Of a stretch of 43,314 bases of DNA, positions 28,738 through 36,554 are shown piece after piece; position 1 is the first letter of the stretch; each line of letters opens with the position of its first letter. This stretch comes from a virus. Its lineage: Duplodnaviria; Caudoviricetes. The notes below the pieces were generated by a model. That model did not search any database and was not told the DNA's origin. It saw only the letters and a list, made by a program, of their open reading frames with translations. The stretch lies in IMG/VR virus record IMGVR_UViG_3300031519_000055, positions 1 through 43,314 of that record; one strand, written 5' to 3'. A program made the translations under genes and the position numbers.

Positions 28738-28767
28738 AAGGGGGACTTCATGTCCCCCTTTCTTTTT
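28738..28767 (+). terminator. Rho-independent terminator
   Basis: AAGGGGGAC-TTCAT-GTCCCCCTT stem followed by TCTTTTT. Confidence 0.85.
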
Positions 28768-28768
28768 G

Positions 28769-28776
28769 TATAAATA
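28769..28776 (+). promoter_or_regulatory. T4-type late promoter TATAAATA
   Basis: Exact consensus immediately after the terminator, 5 nt before ATG 28782. Confidence 0.75.
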
Positions 28777-28781
28777 GTATT

Positions 28782-29528
28782 ATGGCAACTAAAACTAAAT
28801 TCTTTACTGATTTAGGGTTTCAATCCTTAGATTCAAGCACTGTAGACGGGGACTTAACGGTCACTGGCAATTTTACAGTACAGGGAAGTAGTTTAACAAT
28901 TGACTCAACAACAGTTTCAGTCACTGATTCTATGTTTGAACTTGCAAGTGGAAACACTACAAGTGATATTATTGACATAGGTATATACGGAAACTATGAT
29001 GATGGTTTATCAGACGGTGGTGCAAGTGAATTTACAGGTTTATTCAGAGACGCAACCGATTCAACATGGAAGTTATTTGATGGATTAGAGATTGAGCCAG
29101 GAAATACAGTCAACATCAGTGGAACGGGTTATGCATATGCAGACTTTAAAGCTGGTGATATAGAAGCAACAGGTCAGTTAACTGCAGTTGGCCCACTTTC
29201 TCTAAGTAATTTGAGAATGGACGCAGACCAAAACCTAACTACAACTGCAACTACTGAAGTAGATTTAGATACATTTCCTCTATTGAGTTATAGAAGTGCA
29301 AAGTATCACATACAAGCATCACAAGGAACTAACTACCATGCAACAGAAGTTATGGTAATACATAATTCTACTAATGCTTATTTTTCTCAATTTGGTGATA
29401 TTTATACAAACACTTCATTGTTTAGTCTATCTGTTGATACTAATTCAGGAAATGTTAGACTAAGAGTCACTCCTGCATCATCTTCTTCTACGGCATTTAA
29501 AATAAGTCGAAATTTATTAAAAGTATAA
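28782..29528 (+). CDS. Fibre-associated structural protein
   Basis: GDLTVTGNFTVQG, DIGIYG..GLFRDATD..WKLF, C-terminal YRSAKY...HATE domain. Confidence 0.7.
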   Translation: MATKTKFFTDLGFQSLDSSTVDGDLTVTGNFTVQGSSLTIDSTTVSVTDSMFELASGNTTSDIIDIGIYGNYDDGLSDGGASEFTGLFRDATDSTWKLFDGLEIEPGNTVNISGTGYAYADFKAGDIEATGQLTAVGPLSLSNLRMDADQNLTTTATTEVDLDTFPLLSYRSAKYHIQASQGTNYHATEVMVIHNSTNAYFSQFGDIYTNTSLFSLSVDTNSGNVRLRVTPASSSSTAFKISRNLLKV

Positions 29529-29561
29529 GGTAATACCACACTTTACAAGGAACTGGTTTTA

Positions 29562-29568
29562 CTAAATA
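29562..29568 (+). promoter_or_regulatory. Probable late promoter variant CTAAATA
   Basis: Intergenic TAAATA core upstream of 29612. Confidence 0.45.
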
Positions 29569-29611
29569 AAAGTATATAATTCATTAACCATTTACGATAG
29601 GACACCAAAAA

Positions 29612-29842
29612 ATGGCAACACAAAACAAATTTGTAGTAGAATACGGAGTCAGTGTTGGAACCACTGAAGTTATAAATTCATCGGGTAAAATCGTTGCAGC
29701 TGCAATATCAGATTTAACTACTGATAATCTTGCAGAAGGTTCCGCTAAGTACTACGCAAACTCATTAGTAGACACGCATTTATCAGATGCATCTACATCT
29801 AAAACTCTGGCGAATGTTCAGATTGACGGAGGAACATTATAA
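29612..29842 (+). CDS. Small structural protein ending in DGGTL
   Basis: N-terminus paralogous to that of 29842 (F.V..G.SV...EVINSSG); TTDNLAEG repeat. Confidence 0.7.
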   Translation: MATQNKFVVEYGVSVGTTEVINSSGKIVAAAISDLTTDNLAEGSAKYYANSLVDTHLSDASTSKTLANVQIDGGTL

Positions 29843-32151
29843 TGGCTGGAGAAAAGAATTTCAATATTAAGAATGGTTTATCAGTTGCTGGTGTTGAGGT
29901 AATCAACTCATCAGGTGCATTAGTCGGTTCTTCAATAACAGAATCTATAGACGATAGAGTAAGTAGTTTACTTGTCGCAGGTACAGGTGTATCATTAGCA
30001 TATGACGATGGTGCTGGAACACTTACAATCAACGGACAACAAGGTGATATAACTGGAGTTAATGCTGGTGCTGGTTTAACTGGTACTGCAAGTTCGGGTG
30101 ATGCAACACTTAATATTGGTGCTGGAACAGGTATTACTGTAAACGCAGATGACATCGCAATCGATTTCAAAGATGAAGACGATATGTCTTCAAATAGTGC
30201 AACTCACGCTGCAACACAACAATCAATTAAAGCATATGTTGATGCAAGTATCTTAACAAAAGATAACACAGATGAAATCACAGAAGGTTCAAGCAATCTT
30301 TATTTTACAGATGCAAGAGCAAGAGGTGCTTTATCGGCAACTGGTGATTTATCTTATAACTCATCAACTGGTGTATTCAGTTTCACAAACGATGCAGGTG
30401 ACATCGAATCAGTAGTTGCTGGTTCGGGTTTAACTGGTGGTGCAACAAGTGGAGCTGCAACATTAAACATCGGTGCTGGAACTGGTATTACTGTAAACGC
30501 AGATGACATCGCAGTTAATATGTCTGCATTTGATACAGATGACCTTTCAGAAGGTTCAACGAATGAATACCATACAACTGCAAGAGCAAGAGCATCAATT
30601 AGTGCAAGTGGAGATTTGTCATATAACTCTACAACTGGTGTAATCTCATTCACTAATGATGCAGGTGATATCGAAAGTGTCACTGCTGGAGATGGTTTAT
30701 CAGGTGGTGGAACTACAGGTGCATTATCACTTGCAGTAAATGTTGATGATAGTTCAATCGAAACAAGTTCAGACACATTACAAGTAAAAGCACTTGGTAT
30801 TACAGACGCTATGTTGGCTGGTTCAATATCAAATGCAAAACTTGCTAACAGTTCAATCACAGTTAACGGAAGTGCAACTGCCTTAGGTAGTGCAGTCACA
30901 CTAGACACTGGAGACCTTTCAGAAAATGGAAATCTATTCTTTACAAACGAAAGAGTCGATGACAGAGTTAATGCATTATTGGTTGCTGGTACAAATATCA
31001 CAACAACATATGATGATGCAAATGGTACATACACAATTAATTCTTCAGGTAAAACACAAGAAGAAATAGAAGATATCGTAAACGGATTAGTAGTTGGTGG
31101 AACAAACATCACTTCTACATATGACGATACTGCTGGAACACTTACACTTGCTGGTTTATCAGATGGTGATGTTAGAGGTTTATTCTCTGCTGGTGGTGAT
31201 TTATCATACAACAGTTCAACAGGTGCATTCTCAGTCACAACTTATACAGATACAGATGCAAGAGGTGCTATATCAGTATCAGACACTGCTGGTGATGGTG
31301 CAATATCATACAACAACTCAACTGGTGTAATTACATATGCTGGTATTACAGATGCACAAGTAAGAGGTAAAGTATCAGTCACAGACGCAGGTGGAGATGG
31401 TTCACTTGCATATAATTCAACTAGTGGTGTAATCACATACACAGGCCCTAGTGCATCAGAGACCCGTGCTCATTTAAGTGCAGGTACTGGTGTTGGATTC
31501 AGTGGTGGTGCAATATCCATCGGACAGGCAGTTGCAACATCAAGTAATGTTACATTTGCTGACTTAACACTTTCTGGCAACTTGACAGTTAACGGCACAA
31601 CAACTACTGTTAACACTGCAACGCTTAATGTTTCTGATAATATTGTTGTTGTTAACAATGATGTGACTGGAACACCTACTGAAGACGCTGGTCTTGAAGT
31701 AGAAAGAGGAACTTCTGCTAACGTATCTCTATTATGGGATGAGTCAGAAGATGAATGGACATTTGGTTCATATAATGTTAAGGCAACTTCTTTTGAAGGT
31801 TCATTGACAGGAAACGCTTCTACTGCATCTAGTGCTGCTCAATTAACGAGTGCAAGAACAATCAGTTTGGGTGGAGACCTTTCAGGTTCTGCTTCATTTA
31901 ATGGTACTTCAGACATTACAATTACAGCTGCAGTTGCAGATGATTCACATAATCACACAATTGCAAACGTTGACGGATTACAGACTGCATTAAACACTAA
32001 ATATGAGAGTGGTTCTAATGCGACACTCGGTACAATAACAACGAGTAATACATCGAACTCAGGTGGATATGTGAGAAACATATATCAATCAACTTCATCT
32101 CCTACAAGTGGTGATGGTGCAGTTGGTGATTTATGGGTTTTATACTCTTAA
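29842..32151 (+). CDS. Long fibre protein (module B base)
   Basis: Repeated TDxLxEGxxNLYFTxARAR, LSYNSSTGV and GDIxxVxAGxGL units; C-terminal SPTSGDGAVGDLWV motif. Confidence 0.75.
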   Translation: MAGEKNFNIKNGLSVAGVEVINSSGALVGSSITESIDDRVSSLLVAGTGVSLAYDDGAGTLTINGQQGDITGVNAGAGLTGTASSGDATLNIGAGTGITVNADDIAIDFKDEDDMSSNSATHAATQQSIKAYVDASILTKDNTDEITEGSSNLYFTDARARGALSATGDLSYNSSTGVFSFTNDAGDIESVVAGSGLTGGATSGAATLNIGAGTGITVNADDIAVNMSAFDTDDLSEGSTNEYHTTARARASISASGDLSYNSTTGVISFTNDAGDIESVTAGDGLSGGGTTGALSLAVNVDDSSIETSSDTLQVKALGITDAMLAGSISNAKLANSSITVNGSATALGSAVTLDTGDLSENGNLFFTNERVDDRVNALLVAGTNITTTYDDANGTYTINSSGKTQEEIEDIVNGLVVGGTNITSTYDDTAGTLTLAGLSDGDVRGLFSAGGDLSYNSSTGAFSVTTYTDTDARGAISVSDTAGDGAISYNNSTGVITYAGITDAQVRGKVSVTDAGGDGSLAYNSTSGVITYTGPSASETRAHLSAGTGVGFSGGAISIGQAVATSSNVTFADLTLSGNLTVNGTTTTVNTATLNVSDNIVVVNNDVTGTPTEDAGLEVERGTSANVSLLWDESEDEWTFGSYNVKATSFEGSLTGNASTASSAAQLTSARTISLGGDLSGSASFNGTSDITITAAVADDSHNHTIANVDGLQTALNTKYESGSNATLGTITTSNTSNSGGYVRNIYQSTSSPTSGDGAVGDLWVLYS

Positions 32152-32165
32152 TTTAAGAGTATAAA
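32139..32165. repeat. Perfect inverted repeat TTTATACTCTTAA-T-TTAAGAGTATAAA
   Basis: 13-bp arms with a 1-nt spacer; overlaps the upstream stop codon and the late promoter. Confidence 0.85.
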
Positions 32166-32167
32166 TA
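32160..32167 (+). promoter_or_regulatory. T4-type late promoter TATAAATA
   Basis: Exact consensus 25 nt before ATG 32193. Confidence 0.75.
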
Positions 32168-32192
32168 GTAACTTTAAAAGGTAATATAGAAT

Positions 32193-33668
32193 ATGGCAAC
32201 AGGGTCACAAAAGGTAAAAACACCTTCGGGTTGGAGTTCAACTCAGGGTGGTTGGGTTAAATCGGGTTCTACAACATGGAAGGCTGTTGACCAAATATAT
32301 GTAAAGACACCTACAGGGTGGAATAATGCATCGGGTCAACAATCTGTTCAACAACCATACCCATACATTGCAAATAGTCAGACTCCATATATTGCTAATA
32401 GACAAAATCCTTATCCATACATTGCAAATAGTCAGACCCCATATATTGCTTCTAGACAAAATCCTTATCCGTATATTGCTAATAGTCAGACCCCATATAT
32501 CGCAGACGCACAGCAACCTTATCCGTATATTGCAAATAGTCAGACTCCGTATATTGCGAATGCAAGACAACCTGCTACGTATCAACATAGGTCTCCATTT
32601 ACATATAGAAACCCAGTAAATGCACAAACTCCATACATTGCAGCTGCACAACAGGCATATCCGTATATTGCATCTGCACAAGAACCTAACATAAGGTCAG
32701 CACAACAACCGTATCCTTATATTGCATCTGCACAAGAACCTAACATAAGGTCAGCACAACAGACATATCCTTATATTGCTAATGCTAGACAACCGAACAC
32801 ATACCAACATAGGTCTCCATTTACATACAGAAACCCTGTAAATGGTCAAACACCTTATATTGCAAATGCTAGAAGTCCAAGAGGATATAGAAACCCTGTA
32901 AATGGTCAAACACCTTATATTGCAAATGCTAGAAGTCCAAGAGGATATAGAAACCCTGTTTCTGCACAACAACCTACTATTAAGAATAGACAAACACCAT
33001 TTACATATAACGCTAGATATCCTGCGAATGCTCAGTCACCTTCTAATGGACAAACACCATTTACATATAACAATAGGTATCCTGCAAATGCTCAGTCACC
33101 TAGTAGTAAACAGAGTCCATTTACATACAATGCTAGATACCCTGCGAATGCTCAGAGTCCTAGTAGTAAACAGAGTCCATTTACATATAGTTTCAGAAGT
33201 CCGACCACATACACTTATCCCGACCCTGCAATTTGGGGCCCGTATCCAGTAACAGGTGGTAATTTATCAAACTATGCATACTTTTATTCAGGGTTTAGGA
33301 CTACAGGCGGTGGGCCTGCCCAAGTTGCTAGTGGTTTCGGTTCAAGTCCATGGTCTTCTTTGGCTGATAGTAGTCCGTATATACAACATAAATGGTGTTT
33401 TCAGAAGATTCCAGTAACTAATGGTACTGGCACTTTACAATTTTCATGGTTTAATAAAACACCAACAAGTGCATATCTTGGGTCGGAGTTTTCATATATA
33501 CAAGTAGTGACACCTGCTGGAACTACAAATATACCAGTAGGTTCATTATCATCCATTTCACCAACACCAGTACCATCATCAACGAGTTTTCAGATGACTA
33601 TACCATCTCCAACATTCCTTACTTATTGTTTGGCCAATGGTCAAGCTGGTTCAATAGCGTTATTTTAA
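32193..33668 (+). CDS. Pro/Tyr/Gln/Arg repeat protein B1 (anchor, 290-aa stalk, tip domain)
   Basis: N-terminal W-rich KAVDQIYVKTPTGW module, 31 units of 8/10/12 aa (residues 55-344), 147-aa C-terminal domain. Confidence 0.88.
   Translation: MATGSQKVKTPSGWSSTQGGWVKSGSTTWKAVDQIYVKTPTGWNNASGQQSVQQPYPYIANSQTPYIANRQNPYPYIANSQTPYIASRQNPYPYIANSQTPYIADAQQPYPYIANSQTPYIANARQPATYQHRSPFTYRNPVNAQTPYIAAAQQAYPYIASAQEPNIRSAQQPYPYIASAQEPNIRSAQQTYPYIANARQPNTYQHRSPFTYRNPVNGQTPYIANARSPRGYRNPVNGQTPYIANARSPRGYRNPVSAQQPTIKNRQTPFTYNARYPANAQSPSNGQTPFTYNNRYPANAQSPSSKQSPFTYNARYPANAQSPSSKQSPFTYSFRSPTTYTYPDPAIWGPYPVTGGNLSNYAYFYSGFRTTGGGPAQVASGFGSSPWSSLADSSPYIQHKWCFQKIPVTNGTGTLQFSWFNKTPTSAYLGSEFSYIQVVTPAGTTNIPVGSLSSISPTPVPSSTSFQMTIPSPTFLTYCLANGQAGSIALF
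33207..33668 (+). repeat. Direct repeat copy 2 (462 nt, tip domain)
   Basis: About 96% identical to 23680-24141. Confidence 0.95.
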
Positions 33669-33683
33669 TTAGAGGAAAGATAT

Positions 33684-33971
33684 ATGTCATTAATAACACA
33701 AACAATAGAAGGAAGAGAATACTATATAAGAAGTCCACTTCCAACAGTCACATGTAATGGTATAGATTATACTGTTGGTATGATGATGCCACTTACGAAT
33801 TACACTGTAGGTGGAAATGTTGATACTTCAACTGCAACAGAACACTTTGAACAACAGGAATCAGGTTTAATCAATGAAGCAATTATTATGTCATATTCAT
33901 TACCAGTAGTAGAAGATGGAAATGAAGTTTGGACTTTATTAGATGCTTGTCCACAGTTAACAGCGGTATAA
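33684..33971 (+). CDS. Small hypothetical protein between B1 and B2
   Basis: GAGGA RBS; 95 aa; fills the gap; acidic with two Cys. Confidence 0.7.
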   Translation: MSLITQTIEGREYYIRSPLPTVTCNGIDYTVGMMMPLTNYTVGGNVDTSTATEHFEQQESGLINEAIIMSYSLPVVEDGNEVWTLLDACPQLTAV

Positions 33972-33986
33972 TAGGATAATAAACAA

Positions 33987-34919
33987 ATGGCAATAGGAAA
34001 TACCCAACAACCAAATATAGGAAATGCTAGACAACCTGTAATCTATAGGAATCCCTTTACCTATAGGGTTCCGTATATTGCCAATGCAAGACAACCTGTA
34101 ATCTATAGGAATCCTTTTACATATAGGGTACCTTATATTGCTAATGCAAGACAACCTTTCACTTACAGAAACCCATTTACATATAGGGTTCCATATATTG
34201 CTAATGCTAGACAACCTAGTACGTATCAACATAGGTCTCCATTTACATACAGAAACCCTGTTGGATATCAGTTACCGTTTACTTATAATAACAGACAACC
34301 ATTTACATACAGAAACCCTGTTGGATATCAGTTACCGTTTACTTATAGTAACAGACAACCATTTACATATAGAAACCCTGTTAATGCACAACAACCTAAT
34401 ATAAGGAATAGTCAAACACCATTTACCTATGCAAGACAGGGTAGAACACCATTTACATATAATCATAGAAGTCCATTTACCTATGCAAGACAAGGACAAA
34501 CACCGTTTACCTATAATCATAGAAGTCCATTTACTTATGCAAGACAAGGTAGAACACCGTTCACTTATAGTAACAGGCAACCTAGTACATATCAAAACCC
34601 TGTTAATGCACAAGAACCTAATATTAGAAATTCACAAACTCCGTTCACTTATCAGAACAGACAGCCTGGTACATATCAAAGAACAGGTAGAACACCGTTC
34701 ACTTATAGTAACAGACAACCTGCAACATATGCTAGACAAGGACAAACTCCTACTACATATCAAAACAGACAACCTGCAACATATGCTAGACAAGGACAAA
34801 CTCCTACTACATATCAAAACAGACAGCCTGGAACATATGCTAGACAAGGTAGAACCCCTGTTATCCGTTGGGATGGTGCATTACAACAAAACTGGCCAGG
34901 AACACCTATATCCTCTTAA
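33987..34919 (+). CDS. Pro/Tyr/Thr/Arg repeat protein B2 (mirror partner of B1)
   Basis: AGGA RBS; 31 units covering residues 1-290, then a 20-aa tail; very basic. Confidence 0.88.
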   Translation: MAIGNTQQPNIGNARQPVIYRNPFTYRVPYIANARQPVIYRNPFTYRVPYIANARQPFTYRNPFTYRVPYIANARQPSTYQHRSPFTYRNPVGYQLPFTYNNRQPFTYRNPVGYQLPFTYSNRQPFTYRNPVNAQQPNIRNSQTPFTYARQGRTPFTYNHRSPFTYARQGQTPFTYNHRSPFTYARQGRTPFTYSNRQPSTYQNPVNAQEPNIRNSQTPFTYQNRQPGTYQRTGRTPFTYSNRQPATYARQGQTPTTYQNRQPATYARQGQTPTTYQNRQPGTYARQGRTPVIRWDGALQQNWPGTPISS

Positions 34920-34922
34920 ACA

Positions 34923-34929
34923 CTAAATA
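34923..34929 (+). promoter_or_regulatory. Probable late promoter variant CTAAATA
   Basis: Intergenic, followed by GAGGA RBS and ATG 34953. Confidence 0.5.
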
Positions 34930-34952
34930 AGTGTGAGAGGATATATTATATT

Positions 34953-36530
34953 ATGGACAAATTAAAAACTTTAGAGCAAACAAAAGAACTTTTAACATTC
35001 CCCGAGTCATTCAAAGATTTAGACCATAGGTCTAGAAGGGAAATAGACCAATGGCATTTAGGTGCAATAAACGACTTATCTAACATAGACGAAGAATCTG
35101 AATTTTTTAAGATTCTTGAATACATGTTTGAAAACATGCCTCCACTTAAAATATGTAAGTGGTCTGATTTAGAACAACTAAGAAGGGATGGAAAACTAAT
35201 CGGTTGGCAAGGTCTTAGATTTCAAGCAAACTCATATCATAAATTCCTACCCGAAATTTACACATCAGGTTCTATTAATGAACATGGCGCTCCTTCTACA
35301 AAATTTGCAGTATCAGAACCTATAACTGATAAAGAAGTTTACATTGGAGACTATGCAGGAGAAGAACTAGAAAACGGAGATTTTCAAGCAGAAGATTTTC
35401 CAATTGCACTAAACTCAATGTATTATCATAGTGCAAAAGCACATTGGTTAACTCAAAGTATACAAGAAGAAGGATTGTGGGCGCCCATACAAGGTCTTAC
35501 ACAAATGTGTGGTGACAGAATACAATTAATGATTCACCCAGGCTCTGTTCGTTCAGGTTGTTTTGAGGAAATGGAAGACCCGACTCATGAATTATTATTA
35601 TGGGATTCACATGATATTATACCAACAAATCCAATAACAGTCAAGCAATGCTTAGAGTATTGGCAAGACAAAGTTTGTAATGGGGTTAGAAAACCAAAAT
35701 ACAAAGGTCTTTCTGCAATATGGACAATGGGAACTATAGAGTTTCAAGCAGATTTTAGTAATGTTGATTTTAGGAAATATGTATGGGAGCATAGTGAAAA
35801 GGTCACTAAACTTGCAAAAGGAAAACCCCTTAATATTTACATTGGGTATGATAGTAGACATAATGGATTAGAACATGTATGTAAAGAATCTATTTTAAAG
35901 GGAATACAAAAATCTATTGGTGGGGGAAGACTTGTAAACTATAATAAGTTTGTTCCCGAAATTAAATTTTTAGATGTATCCAAGATACCCGAATACAAAA
36001 GACCATATGAGAATCAATCTACATGGTTTACTTACAGTAGATTCTTAATTCCTTACTTGGAAAACTATGAAGGTTTCAGTTTGTTTATAGATGATGATTT
36101 CATTTTCAATAAATCATTACTACCTATGTTTTACTATTTGAATACAGATGACGCAGTTGCATGTATTAAATATCCACAAATCAAACATGATGAAACTAAA
36201 TTTGATGGTGAAGTAAACATTGATTATCCATGTAAGTTGTGGTCTTCAATGATGTTCTTTAATAATGGACATGAAGATTGTAAAAAACTAACACCCGAAG
36301 TGGTAAACAGTTGGACTGGTTCTCAGTTACATCAATTTGAATGGACTGATAAGATTAGTCCTATACCCGAAAAATATATATTTGTTGAGGGGTATGACGA
36401 CCCTAATGTGAAGTGGGACTATAGTGGAATTCACTATACTAGAGGAGGCCCGTGGATAAATGACATGGATTCTAGTCACATAAATAACTTAGAAGATTAT
36501 AATAAAATAAAAAAATCTATTGTAATTTAA
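34953..36530 (+). CDS. Two-domain protein: unknown N-terminal domain fused to a GT-A (GT8-like) glycosyltransferase
   Basis: C-terminal half has IYIGYDSR, STWFTYSRFLIPYL, LFIDDDF (DxD), WSSMMFFN, LHQFEW, HYTRGGPW. Confidence 0.75.
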   Translation: MDKLKTLEQTKELLTFPESFKDLDHRSRREIDQWHLGAINDLSNIDEESEFFKILEYMFENMPPLKICKWSDLEQLRRDGKLIGWQGLRFQANSYHKFLPEIYTSGSINEHGAPSTKFAVSEPITDKEVYIGDYAGEELENGDFQAEDFPIALNSMYYHSAKAHWLTQSIQEEGLWAPIQGLTQMCGDRIQLMIHPGSVRSGCFEEMEDPTHELLLWDSHDIIPTNPITVKQCLEYWQDKVCNGVRKPKYKGLSAIWTMGTIEFQADFSNVDFRKYVWEHSEKVTKLAKGKPLNIYIGYDSRHNGLEHVCKESILKGIQKSIGGGRLVNYNKFVPEIKFLDVSKIPEYKRPYENQSTWFTYSRFLIPYLENYEGFSLFIDDDFIFNKSLLPMFYYLNTDDAVACIKYPQIKHDETKFDGEVNIDYPCKLWSSMMFFNNGHEDCKKLTPEVVNSWTGSQLHQFEWTDKISPIPEKYIFVEGYDDPNVKWDYSGIHYTRGGPWINDMDSSHINNLEDYNKIKKSIVI

Positions 36531-36548
36531 ACATAATTGAGGTATAAT
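36520..36548 (+). promoter_or_regulatory. Sigma70-type promoter TTGTAA-17nt-TATAAT
   Basis: -35 at 36520-36525, perfect -10 at 36543-36548, ATG 6 nt downstream. Confidence 0.65.
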
Positions 36549-36554
36549 AACAGT

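Noticed and set aside
30354-31238. 294-aa minus-strand ORF and similar antisense ORFs (21674-22222, 18716-19204, 20648-21169)
   Set aside because: They overlap well-supported plus-strand structural genes and are expected from stop-poor antisense frames of Thr/Ser/Gly/Ala-rich genes.
23680-33668. Diversity-generating retroelement TR/VR pair
   Set aside because: Mismatches are not adenine-specific (e.g. GGT/TCT, GCT/GGT, TTT/TTC, ACT/AGT). Both copies are in-frame ends of intact genes, and there is no reverse transcriptase in the window.
32355-34856. CRISPR array or DNA-level inverted repeat/invertible segment
   Set aside because: Repeats are in-frame coding units with synonymous variation and no unique spacers. 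Reverse complements of the B1 units I compared do not match B2, so the mirror symmetry is at the protein level.
23258-34926. Alternative-frame and antisense ORFs over the repeat genes (e.g. 34429-34926, 32238-32681, 24353-24712)
   Set aside because: Shadows of repetitive, codon-biased sequence; they lack evident RBS or promoter and have implausible His/Leu/Cys-rich composition.
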